This document shows, piece by piece, positions 40,591 through 50,045 of a DNA stretch of 64,000 bases. A program made the position numbers and the translations under genes. The notes below the pieces were generated by a model, which ran no database searches, was not told where the DNA came from, and was given only the letters and a program-made list of their open reading frames with translations. Each line of letters begins with the position of its first letter. Position 1 is the stretch's first letter. This DNA comes from Gammaproteobacteria bacterium (GTDB lineage Bacteria; Pseudomonadota; Gammaproteobacteria; CAJXQU01). The stretch spans positions 1,728,001-1,792,000 of the forward strand of contig CBDEGZ010000003.1 of the NCBI GenBank assembly GCA_965238175.1, read 5' to 3'.

Positions 40591-41196
40591 TCACAAACAA
40601 TTCTTGTAAAGGTCTTCAATCTCTTGAGGCTGAATACACAGATATTCCAAAGTTTCTTGTTCTGAGGAATGCCCAAAGGCGCGTGAAATAAGTACCAAGG
40701 GTTCATTAAAGGTTTTGCGCATGTGATAGCCCCATGTCTTACGCAGACTGTGAGAGCCGTAATTGCCGGGTAAATCGATATCCTTGCACCATTGTTTAAC
40801 TAGGTTATGTACACGGTTCGGTGAAATCGCGCTATACGGTTTTGTCAGCGAGCATATCAACGGGGCTTCTGGGCAATTATTGGGGTGATGCTGAAGCCAG
40901 AAATGCAACACTTCAATAGCCGATTGATTGAGCGAGATGGCTCGATACTCACCATTTTTACTTTGCTTGATGTCCAGTCGGTCACCGGCTTTTAAATGAC
41001 GGACTTGACCCAAACTAATCGAAACCAGTTCATTGGCACGATAGGCCGTATTTATTCCAAAGACAAATAAACACAAATCACGCGGACGATTTTTTAATCG
41101 TTTTTTGATGTTTTTAATCGACGATAAATTGCGAATAGGTTCGACTTTGATAGAAGAACCTTTAACGGGGTGGTTTGGGTTTTTAATGGCGCTCAT
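40591..41196 (-). CDS. Small tyrosine recombinase (catalytic domain only; invertase/resolvase size)
   Basis: RD..LF..GINTAYR.NEL, K.SK, HSLRKTWGY, GHSS..TL.Y. Confidence 0.92.
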   Translation of the reverse strand: MSAIKNPNHPVKGSSIKVEPIRNLSSIKNIKKRLKNRPRDLCLFVFGINTAYRANELVSISLGQVRHLKAGDRLDIKQSKNGEYRAISLNQSAIEVLHFWLQHHPNNCPEAPLICSLTKPYSAISPNRVHNLVKQWCKDIDLPGNYGSHSLRKTWGYHMRKTFNEPLVLISRAFGHSSEQETLEYLCIQPQEIEDLYKNCL

Positions 41197-41252
41197 AACT
41201 TCCTAAGCAGCGCTTTAGAGGGGTGGGGAGACAGGTTTGAGCAGCCCTGACC

Positions 41253-41390
41253 AACTTCTCGGGGAAAGTTAATAATATATGGAAACATCAATTCCGTCAA
41301 AGGCTTAACTTTCTCTGAAAACACCAAAACATACACGCGCCCGCTCAAAAATGAGTGCTGATAATGGATACCAACTTTCCCCGAGAAGTT
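41253..41390. repeat. 18-bp inverted repeats flanking a 102-bp segment (candidate invertible element)
   Basis: AACTTCTCGGGGAAAGTT (41253-41270) is the exact reverse complement of AACTTTCCCCGAGAAGTT (41373-41390). Confidence 0.85.
41272..41300 (-). promoter_or_regulatory. Sigma70 promoter inside the inverted repeats
   Basis: TTGACG-N17-TATTAT on the minus strand, pointing at the recombinase. Confidence 0.7.
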
Positions 41391-41440
41391 AAAGACATTT
41401 TTTCAATAAAACTGTTTTTAACGAAATAAATTCATCTATT

Positions 41441-41920
41441 TTGGAGCGTGTGGAGATGGTCAAAGGACAGATTTCTTATACAACTAATTTATTGGGAATG
41501 ACGCTTACTTTTCTTTGGATAGTTTTAAGTACGACAGTCAACGCTGAAGATATGGCAGACCTAGCAAAATTCTCGACTAAAGAAGATTATATTACCTGCT
41601 GGAAACAACCTTGCGTTAGAGTTGCGGGTAGTGAATGGTCAGAGAAAAATCCTAATGGTGTTGCGGTATCGGTGCGGATGGGATCACAACCCGCAGCGAC
41701 CGACGATCAAATTAAAATGGTATTGACCCGCGATTTAAACCATTACGGAGTCAAGAATATTAAATTTTTTTACGAACAAAATGATGCTGTTGCCAGTGGT
41801 ATATGTCTTCATGTGCGTGGTGGTACAGAAGGCGTGTTTATGATTAGTAATGTAAGAGAAGAGTTGGAGGCCGTAGCCAAAAGAGCGTTAAATACAAACC
41901 CACTGTTTCTACCAGATTAA
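41441..41920 (+). CDS. Secreted hypothetical protein (start probably ATG 41456)
   Basis: Signal peptide ..STTVNA|ED. Confidence 0.7.
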   Translation: MERVEMVKGQISYTTNLLGMTLTFLWIVLSTTVNAEDMADLAKFSTKEDYITCWKQPCVRVAGSEWSEKNPNGVAVSVRMGSQPAATDDQIKMVLTRDLNHYGVKNIKFFYEQNDAVASGICLHVRGGTEGVFMISNVREELEAVAKRALNTNPLFLPD

Positions 41921-42639
41921 ATTTTAGGTGCTAGAAACTCATTCAAAGCAATGTCTTGATTACTTTTGAGGCTATTATCTTCTGAATTATCAGCGCCATC
42001 TTTAATTTCAGACTGTATGTCTGATTGCGGGGCGGCCTCACGCTCAGCATAGGTTTGCTCTTCGGTATTGGCACGTTGTTCAAGCCCTTCAAGAATCTGA
42101 GCTTGGCGCTCAGGGGTTGTCTCGGAATTTTTTAATTCTGCTACGGCTGTCTGTGCAGAATTATAATTAAATTGTTTTTGTGCCCACTGCGCATAATCGC
42201 CATATTCAGGATGGTCTTTATATTCATCCTTGATACTACCATCATCGTTAAGCATTTCATTGATAAGGTGTTGCTCTAACCGTTCACGATAATCAGTCAT
42301 ATTTTCATCATCATGGCGCGGTGGGATTTCATCAGGGTCGAGAATTTGTAGTGCAAGGTTTTCACGCCACGCATCACCATAGCGTTGATGAAAGTCCTGT
42401 TCCATTTTTGCAATATCAGAGGCTAGTTTTTCATTATCGGCAATAATGCGATTAACCAGATCAATCAGATCAGCACTTCTTTGTTTGTCTGATTGTTGTT
42501 TTTCATGGTGTTTATTTAACGGAGTTGTTGCACCACTGCGTTCCTGCAAACCGGATAACGAACCGCTTAGCTGACCACGAAGCATTTCGTTTTCAGAGTA
42601 AATGCCATCGTGTTTAGATTTGTCCGTTATCTCTGCCAT
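41917..42639 (-). CDS. Acidic hypothetical protein
   Basis: 240-aa ORF. Confidence 0.7.
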   Translation of the reverse strand: MAEITDKSKHDGIYSENEMLRGQLSGSLSGLQERSGATTPLNKHHEKQQSDKQRSADLIDLVNRIIADNEKLASDIAKMEQDFHQRYGDAWRENLALQILDPDEIPPRHDDENMTDYRERLEQHLINEMLNDDGSIKDEYKDHPEYGDYAQWAQKQFNYNSAQTAVAELKNSETTPERQAQILEGLEQRANTEEQTYAEREAAPQSDIQSEIKDGADNSEDNSLKSNQDIALNEFLAPKI

Positions 42640-42884
42640 CTATGCCCATCATTCGCTTGGGCATAGCGCTTTGCTATAGCAAAGCCTGAATCGCAATCAA
42701 GTGCCTTGATTGCGATTATTCTGAACAGTTCTCCTGATATTGATCGCCCCAATGTCCCGCCACCCTTAAGTTTTCAATCATTATTATTCCCATAAATAAT
42801 AGTGCAAATTGATTAAAAATTTCTTAATACAACTAAAACGGGAAAAAGAAAAATAGGAGAAGTTGTTTCTGGTTACGAATAAAT

Positions 42885-43067
42885 TCACTCGTTGTCTCTC
42901 AAAAGCTCAGCCTTGATAGTGGCAAACTCAATGAGCTCTTCACGCAGTTGATAATCATCAAGTTTAAGGAATACGTCCAGTAATCGCATGCCTTGGTTGT
43001 TATCCAAGCTTTCTAGCTGTTCGAGCTTGTTTGCGATTGATTCTAAAAACGAGGAGCGTTCATTCAT
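42885..43067 (-). CDS. Small hypothetical protein downstream of the structured leader
   Basis: AAGGA RBS; LLDVF.KL.D..LR. Confidence 0.55.
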   Translation of the reverse strand: MNERSSFLESIANKLEQLESLDNNQGMRLLDVFLKLDDYQLREELIEFATIKAELLRDNE

Positions 43068-43089
43068 GGTGTGACATCCTTTTCGACTG

Positions 43090-43201
43090 GTGGGCCGGAT
43101 GTAGTTGACCGTCCAAACAACGGTGTGCCTTATTGGAGCCCCAAGGGCCTTGTATTCGACACCATCCGACCCAAAAAGGCGAATGTTTGGAACAGGTCAA
43201 C
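43090..43201 (-). ncRNA. C4-antisense-like structured RNA with an upstream complementary target
   Basis: Closing stem GGGTCGGATG/CATCCGGCCC. The internal GTTTGGACGGTCAAC is complementary to the upstream GTTGACCTGTTCCAAAC. Confidence 0.5.
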
Positions 43202-43327
43202 TAAACCCGCACGAGTGAATGGGCACTCGCTATTATTAGTCATGGCATATTTACGCAGGCGAGAAAAGCGTAAAAGAGTAACCGCTCTTTTTCAGTCTGC
43301 ACAATGGCGCTTTTCCACGGTGGGTAT

Positions 43328-44062
43328 TCAGCAGTTGATTACGACAAGCTCACCCCCAAGTTCCTGTTCGATATAGTCAGCAATTAACCGCCGTGCATAT
43401 TCATCCGGCGTGATGCCCGGCACAATATCCGCCTGCACATCATCCACAAACTCCCGGCGCCCCGTTTCACTGATAAAGGGTTTATCTTCTTGTAAGGCAT
43501 CGGCATAAACACCCAGCCAGAAAGAATAAGACGCACTGGCACCAAATAGTCCATCAAGCTGAATACGAACCGACATATCTCCGACTGTGATAACAAACTC
43601 ACCGACTTCACCCCATTGTGGCACGGTACCCATCGCAGCCATGGTCGCTGCTTCAAGGACACAGCCCGGCGATTCGGGACAAGCGGTGATATCCGGGTTG
43701 CCGTTATTCAGGCGGCGTGCAAGATTCCTTGCCTCTTGACGCAGACGCATGGTTTCTTTTTCATCAGCCATCATCATGGCGTTGTGATGTTGACTAATAA
43801 GGTCACGAAAATACGGTAAGGCTTCTTCCATCGTATCGGGAAGATGCGCCGTGTCATATTGGAATTGAAGCGTCTCTTTTCGTTCAACGCAGGTTGTTCT
43901 ATTGCTATAAATCTCGGCTTCTTCATAAAGCTTGATGTCGCCGACTAGTGCGGCGGCTTCGCCTAAATTGTCGATGCCTAGTTGAATGCAATTTTTAATT
44001 AATGTCGTGTCGAGCTCTGCATCTGCGTCTAGCGTTAAAAATACGTCTACTTGTTGTCTCAT
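43328..44062 (-). CDS. Hypothetical protein of mobile elements
   Basis: HH.AMM.AD, G.VP.WG..GEF.I, FISETG.R. Confidence 0.75.
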   Translation of the reverse strand: MRQQVDVFLTLDADAELDTTLIKNCIQLGIDNLGEAAALVGDIKLYEEAEIYSNRTTCVERKETLQFQYDTAHLPDTMEEALPYFRDLISQHHNAMMMADEKETMRLRQEARNLARRLNNGNPDITACPESPGCVLEAATMAAMGTVPQWGEVGEFVITVGDMSVRIQLDGLFGASASYSFWLGVYADALQEDKPFISETGRREFVDDVQADIVPGITPDEYARRLIADYIEQELGGELVVINC

Positions 44063-44133
44063 GGTTAGTTCTTTCTGTTGTGTGGTACGTCATTGCACCA
44101 TCGAGACCAGCCGTAAGACTGGTCTCTGTGTTG

Positions 44134-44613
44134 CTATGATGTTTTAGATAAAAGTGAAAGCTCTAATTGTGCTTTGAGTGCCATCAATGTATTCACATGG
44201 TCGTGCCATGCTGCGTTACTGGTGGGGCAGTTGGCACTGGCAAGTTTTGTAAGCTGTTCAGTCACGACTTCTGTTACTGATTTTTCATTCCCCTGTGTGG
44301 CGATGGAAAGCGCTTTGTCTAACAGAGTAATGATATCAGCAGGGAAGTATTGACGAGGGTCATCATAACCAAAGGCATAATCAGAATTGTCGTAAGGTAT
44401 TTTCTCTACCCCGTCTTTTTTGATGGAGGTAATGACGGTGTTATGAAGCCCCCAGCCCTCAACCTCGACCTCATAGCCTGCTTGTACCAGCACATTTTCA
44501 ACCTGCCAAGTCTCTATCTGACCATCACCATCGTTAAAGCCAAATTTGTCAAAAGCTTCTTCCCATAACCAATCATAGTGACCACCGCAATTTTCGCATT
44601 CTGTAATAGGCAT
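44134..44613 (-). CDS. Hypothetical protein (N-terminal CxxC)
   Basis: AAGGAG RBS; WEEAFDKFGF.DGDG, GYDDPR.Y.P. Confidence 0.75.
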   Translation of the reverse strand: MPITECENCGGHYDWLWEEAFDKFGFNDGDGQIETWQVENVLVQAGYEVEVEGWGLHNTVITSIKKDGVEKIPYDNSDYAFGYDDPRQYFPADIITLLDKALSIATQGNEKSVTEVVTEQLTKLASANCPTSNAAWHDHVNTLMALKAQLELSLLSKTS

Positions 44614-44666
44614 TGTTTATCTCCTTCTATTTTTATATTTGTGTGTTTTTTGAATTACTCTTAGGC

Positions 44667-45185
44667 TCAATGACTCCAGAACACATGAATGTGTTGATAG
44701 CCAGTTTCGATGGTGTAAATATCACCACTCAATTCCATATCGCATCCCATGCGCTCATAGTCGATATAGAACGCTAAATGTTCAGGAATATTGGAGGTGG
44801 TGTCTTCGGTTAGCTGCTGGGCGTAATCAGCAAGACTTTCATGTTCACCCTGATAACCCTCATTTAATGCTCTTTGGGCATCCTCAATATCACCGCACCA
44901 ATGGTTTAATACAAAAGCACCCAACTCGCCGTGCTCTTCAAGAAACAGGGCGATATTATTGGCACTTTCCAGTCCTTCATATTCTGATAATTCGACACCG
45001 TAGAACCCTTCGTAATCATGGAGCGCATACTCTTCCGCCCCTTGTTCTGGGCTTTCGGATAGCATCTTATTCACTTGGTCTTGAATATCATTTAAGTCTT
45101 GGGTGGCATCAATCCAGACACCATGCAAAATACCGTTGTTGTATGCGGCTAAATCTGCCACGTAAATTTTAGGTTCTATGCTCAT
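44667..45185 (-). CDS. ardA: Antirestriction protein ArdA
   Basis: IYVADLAAYNNG.LHGVWIDA, EEYA.HDYEGF, YIDYE.M..D; highly acidic. Confidence 0.92.
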   Translation of the reverse strand: MSIEPKIYVADLAAYNNGILHGVWIDATQDLNDIQDQVNKMLSESPEQGAEEYALHDYEGFYGVELSEYEGLESANNIALFLEEHGELGAFVLNHWCGDIEDAQRALNEGYQGEHESLADYAQQLTEDTTSNIPEHLAFYIDYERMGCDMELSGDIYTIETGYQHIHVFWSH

Positions 45186-45853
45186 TGTCTTTTCTCCTAA
45201 ATCGTTGCTGAGGTTTATGAAGCAGCTTTTGCGCTGCTCATGAACCTCTGGCGACTAGGCCGACTAGCGGACGTGAAAAATCCAGAAAAATTGCGGAGTG
45301 TCTGCGCTTTTTGAGGCGTAGAAACCGTCATTTTTCTTGAATTTGAGGGGAACAAGACCCCCTCTTGGGGTATTGAAGTATCGCTTGGTGGAGACTGGTT
45401 TTGGGCTAAATCATTAACTTCCCAGTAGGGGGAAAACAAGTGCGCATCATAGATGCGCTCAATTCAGGCAAGCAGAGCGCGCTAGACGTTAGTAATTTGA
45501 AACCCGATAGTCCCGTTATTTTTAGCGAAGGTTGGAAAGCACGGCCACTGTACTTGCAATGCCAACGCCCAAATGACCGATTTTGTTTTGTATCACAGAC
45601 AACAAATTACAACCGATGAGTTGCGTGTTTACACGCCTTCAATAGATGGAAACAGTAAAACCTCACGACCCTTGAAAAGACCACATGCTTTAACACAAAG
45701 GCTGGAAGAATCGCGCAAACGCTAAAGCGTTTCTCCATTGCCATTTCGACCTTCTCATATAATCAGGTGCGCTGACTTCCAGTGCTTTGTTTTACCTCGC
45801 GGCCATTCAAGGGTCGTAAAAGGTTTACGGCCTCCAAATTCAAGGAGGACAAC

Positions 45854-46030
45854 ATGAAACTCATGACTCGATTTGAACTGGTTGCTTACAATAAAAGTGA
45901 ATTACAAGGACTTTATAGAAACGTGTTTAACACGCTTGTTCAAAGCAATCCGCAAACACCTGAGCGAAGCAATGCGCTGGCATCATTGGAAAATATTTGC
46001 CGTGAACTGGCATGGCGAGAAACTCCGTAA
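45854..46030 (+). CDS. Small hypothetical protein
   Basis: AAGGAGG RBS; TRFEL...EL..LY...ER.NALASLENI..EL. Confidence 0.7.
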   Translation: MKLMTRFELVAYNKSELQGLYRNVFNTLVQSNPQTPERSNALASLENICRELAWRETP

Positions 46031-46034
46031 ACAT

Positions 46035-46061
46035 AAAGAGGCGCTGCAAAGCGCCTCTTTT
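46035..46061 (+). terminator. Rho-independent terminator
   Basis: AAAGAGGCGCT-GCAA-AGCGCCTCTTTT. Confidence 0.75.
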
Positions 46062-46082
46062 GCATTTTCAGAATAAAAGAAT

Positions 46083-46919
46083 TTAATGTTGCTCAGTTTT
46101 GAGCATGAGTTTATTGACAAAAGCACAGCTAAAACTGAATTTTAAAATGGCTTGACCATCCTGAAACGTCTGCACGTCTTTGCGATGGAGCATATCTATT
46201 TCCTCTTTGATCCAGTCGTTGTGGGTTGTCAAACAAATATTATGTCTGCGTGCATACACCGCCATACGTTGCACCTGATTAATAGCGGCAAGTATGCGTG
46301 CATAACCACAAACCAAAGCGGTATCGGCGATATCCTCTAGCACGATATCCGAACGTGGAGCGCTAATTTTTAGATTGTCTCCCACCTTTGTAAAACTGAT
46401 CTGGGATGCCCAAGCCAACGTAAACTCTATTTTCCAACTATTTTGCGTTGAGCCGGTAATATCGATCTGCGAAGCTGTTGGTTGCTCGCTAAACGATACA
46501 ATTTCACGCTGCTTTTTATCCAATGTGCCATCAAAAGCCGGGGAGTAGTCGATCACAGATCGTATGAACTGATCTTCAACACTGCCGGGGGCAATGAATT
46601 TATGGATCAACAGGGCGTCATAAATTTCGTTAAAAACACAATAAATATTCTCAGCTATTTTATCCACCGGAGGATCATAGAGATTGTCCATTGTTAGGCA
46701 ATCCAGCACAGCAATATGAGACAACTCCTTTGCACCTATATTCAACGCATCATTCTTACGCGAATACACAAAAGTTTTGGTGACATGTTGCGAACAGTCA
46801 ATATAGTTGTAGATAGATCTAAAACGTTCAGAACAACCTTCTAAAAGGCTGTTTCTATAAGCGAGTAATTTCTCGGTATCATCTGAGCCAAAGGGTGCCT
46901 GCTGTTCCATAGTCACCAT
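46083..46919 (-). CDS. Hypothetical protein
   Basis: 278-aa ORF. Confidence 0.65.
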   Translation of the reverse strand: MVTMEQQAPFGSDDTEKLLAYRNSLLEGCSERFRSIYNYIDCSQHVTKTFVYSRKNDALNIGAKELSHIAVLDCLTMDNLYDPPVDKIAENIYCVFNEIYDALLIHKFIAPGSVEDQFIRSVIDYSPAFDGTLDKKQREIVSFSEQPTASQIDITGSTQNSWKIEFTLAWASQISFTKVGDNLKISAPRSDIVLEDIADTALVCGYARILAAINQVQRMAVYARRHNICLTTHNDWIKEEIDMLHRKDVQTFQDGQAILKFSFSCAFVNKLMLKTEQH

Positions 46920-47194
46920 TATCAGAAAAATAGATTAAGAATTTATAAATAATGAATAGACAGTTTTACTTTTTATATTTCACAGAGTACAACGCTAATC
47001 ACCGAATATTGAATACGGTTTCACTCGATAATCAGAGCACGAGTAAAGATAGGCAGCTCTTTTTGCTAAAACATCAATAGTCTTTAGTTTGAAATCAGGA
47101 GGCATTAATTAAATAGGAGTATGAGCTTTTTAAGCTAAAACATAGATGTTAAGGCAGAGGGATTCTCTCTAATTAAAATCAACAAGAAACTTGG

Positions 47195-49822
47195 TCATGG
47201 ATTATTTATGGCTTTCATTGTTTTCCTTCGTTCTTGGATTAAATAAATAACATTTTCTAAACTCTTAATGTCTTTTTCTAGCTCGATTGGTGAGGGAACA
47301 GGATCATTTTTATCTGATGCAGGATCATGCCCTTCGACTAAATCATTACAACGGTCATACAGTCTCTTAATTTTGTCACATTCATCCTCCTGAAATCCTA
47401 CAACGTCTTCTAGACTCTTGATGTTGATCCAGTCTCTATAGCGTCGGACGACACCACTAAAAACAACATCTTGAACAACACGCTCTATTGTCGAACGAAG
47501 GCGACTATAAACACTCATCATTTCCTCAGCATCTTCAGCAGTTGGATATTGCGACCATGGCTTTTTTATCAATGTAGTACGATCTTTTTTCAGTGCATCA
47601 ATGCGCTCTTTATAGGAAGAATGTCCCCAGGGTAATCCTTCACGGATATTTCCAGAATACTCACCTTTCCACTCCATATACTGAATTTTATGATCCAAGT
47701 TCTGTGTATCAATTTCATCACGGAGTTGTCCAAGAAAAGAAGTATCATGAGTAAAGACGATAACTTGACGTGACTTGGCTTCATGAACGAGTCTCCGAGC
47801 TACGTTTTGGCGCCTCCAATGATCAAGAGAGGAAACTGGATCATCGAATACAATCCCACAATTATGATTTGCTAATGACAGCTCAGCTAAAAATGAGCCA
47901 AGGGCGATTGCACGTTGTTCACCTTCACTTAATATCTCCTCCAGTGGTTTGTTTTTGGGTAGCTTCAACAAGAGTTGATGGTGCATTTTTCCTTTTATAT
48001 TTCTAGGCCTAAGTATAGTTTTGATGTGATCAACGCCAAGATTTGCGAACTCAATGTCCAGAGCATTTTTTAGTTCTTCTGTGACGGCTTGACTGGCAAA
48101 GTCCTTTGCCTTCTTTGATATTGGAGCTGTTTTTAAATTTTTCTTACACTTTTCAAGATAAGCTACTGTTTCTTTACGTCCAATCACGTCAAGTACGCTT
48201 TTCAATGATTTTTTTAGGCTTAGTCTTGCGAGTAAGTCATTGTATTCTTGGGTAAGTAACTTTTTACTTTCTTCATCAAATACCCTTATATACATTCTAG
48301 CTTCTCTTAATTGCTGAGCAGCTAATTTACGCAAGGCTTTACTTGGATTATTAGATAATTGGTTTACTTCATCCCATTTGTGCGTGACAAGAGTTTCTAG
48401 CATCCACTGCTTTCTTTTATTGATACTTTCTTGATAAACATCAATACATTGCACAAGTGTTGCATCATGCAATGTTATTTCATCTTTGAGGCTTTTGTCT
48501 ATTGCAACTACAAGATGGGCATTATCTATTTTTTTTCGTATCGTCGTAAGGTTTGCTCGTTTTTCAGTAACTGATTTAGCAATATCATCCTTGATATATT
48601 TTTCAAAACGTTCAAGTCTTTCGCCAGTTTCATCATTCAACAATGTTTGGCAAAGTGGACAAACTGCATCTTCATTCGTATGTGGAAACACATGTTCACG
48701 GCAGGCAATTTCTGTTGAATATCTTCGTGCGGCTTCAAACATTACCTTCCATAATTCTTCACCAGTTCCTGGTAATAAAGTCTCATTAGCTCGAAGTGCC
48801 TTTGCTGCACTCTTCTCAGCAGTCTCAGCAGCTATAAATTCATTGTCCAACGTATTTAGTTTTTGTACTGCGTTATCACTTACCCAAAGTGCCACATCAT
48901 TAATGTTCTTCGCTAGGTCTTTGAGACGTGATACGAAGCGTTTCAGCTCATCAGCTTTAGCTATGGGATCACTTTCGGTTAATGCTTGAGTTAACTCAGG
49001 TATACGATCAATTTCACTTTCCGACAATGTGCTTAGTTTCGTAATTACTTCTCGATCCGTTTTTTCATTGAGTTCTGATATCTGCCTACCAACCTCAGTT
49101 TCACCTAAAAGATGATCAAATACTGTTGTACTTGTATCAATTGAGAGAATATCTGAATTAAGCCTTTGCTCTAATTCAGGGATAACGGCTCTAGCAAGGT
49201 TCTCTACTATATCCAGTCCGTAAGGCAGGTAGGCAACATCTTGTTCAGCAGTTAGGTATGAGCGTGCACAACGAGAATCGAATACGGAAATCATTGATAA
49301 AACATCAGGTGCTACCTCCCCCCTTTGCCAACGTACATTTTCTTCATTACCATGAATTATTATTTTGAATATTGCTTCAGGAACAACGTTATCAGAAGCT
49401 AGATCATTTGCATTCGCATGTACAATCTCTTCTCTATCACGGGAACGGCAAGCCTGTTTCATCACCCGAACGTAACCTGATTTTCCTGTGCCGTTACCAC
49501 CGTAAATCACCGTCATGCCTTTTTCGTTAAATAGCAACCTTTGTTTCGGATCAATACGATTAACATAATTTAAACCAGAAATTTCTTTTAAAGTTGCTGT
49601 CACACCGGCTTGAATTGATGAAGGTAAGTGGTCGGGGCTTAGTGGTTTTGGAATTAAATTGTCAGGACTTGAAAGGCCGTGTTCTATTTTGAGTAAAGAA
49701 TAAAGTTGGAAATAGTCATCTTCTGACAAACCCTCTTCACTTTCTAATAATCTACGGCAAGCATCACTTTGCCAATCAGGTAATGTCTGTGTCCATTGAA
49801 GTATGTCATTTAAAAGGTTCAT
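47195..49822 (-). CDS. Rad50/SMC-like ABC ATPase with zinc hook (AAA_13/RloC-like)
   Basis: GGNGTGKS, CPLC hook within a coiled coil, LSEGE signature, FDDPVSSLD, FTHD, and a possible HEPN-like C-terminus. Confidence 0.8.
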   Translation of the reverse strand: MNLLNDILQWTQTLPDWQSDACRRLLESEEGLSEDDYFQLYSLLKIEHGLSSPDNLIPKPLSPDHLPSSIQAGVTATLKEISGLNYVNRIDPKQRLLFNEKGMTVIYGGNGTGKSGYVRVMKQACRSRDREEIVHANANDLASDNVVPEAIFKIIIHGNEENVRWQRGEVAPDVLSMISVFDSRCARSYLTAEQDVAYLPYGLDIVENLARAVIPELEQRLNSDILSIDTSTTVFDHLLGETEVGRQISELNEKTDREVITKLSTLSESEIDRIPELTQALTESDPIAKADELKRFVSRLKDLAKNINDVALWVSDNAVQKLNTLDNEFIAAETAEKSAAKALRANETLLPGTGEELWKVMFEAARRYSTEIACREHVFPHTNEDAVCPLCQTLLNDETGERLERFEKYIKDDIAKSVTEKRANLTTIRKKIDNAHLVVAIDKSLKDEITLHDATLVQCIDVYQESINKRKQWMLETLVTHKWDEVNQLSNNPSKALRKLAAQQLREARMYIRVFDEESKKLLTQEYNDLLARLSLKKSLKSVLDVIGRKETVAYLEKCKKNLKTAPISKKAKDFASQAVTEELKNALDIEFANLGVDHIKTILRPRNIKGKMHHQLLLKLPKNKPLEEILSEGEQRAIALGSFLAELSLANHNCGIVFDDPVSSLDHWRRQNVARRLVHEAKSRQVIVFTHDTSFLGQLRDEIDTQNLDHKIQYMEWKGEYSGNIREGLPWGHSSYKERIDALKKDRTTLIKKPWSQYPTAEDAEEMMSVYSRLRSTIERVVQDVVFSGVVRRYRDWINIKSLEDVVGFQEDECDKIKRLYDRCNDLVEGHDPASDKNDPVPSPIELEKDIKSLENVIYLIQERRKTMKAINNP

Positions 49823-50045
49823 AATTGACCTTTGAATTTCCCGAGCTTATTTTTCCTTTCTTGTGAAAAAGTGTAGTCGTTTAGCAAATAAAGTTGTTTA
49901 CATATCTGCCTTGGGTTGCTTTCAGCTATACCATGACAAGTATAGTAACTTTCGCAAGGTTAACTGTGTTAAATGAAGTGACATCTGTTCTAATAATAGA
50001 GGTAGCCGACTGATTTCTTGCTGATTGGGAAGCCTAGAGTCTCCA

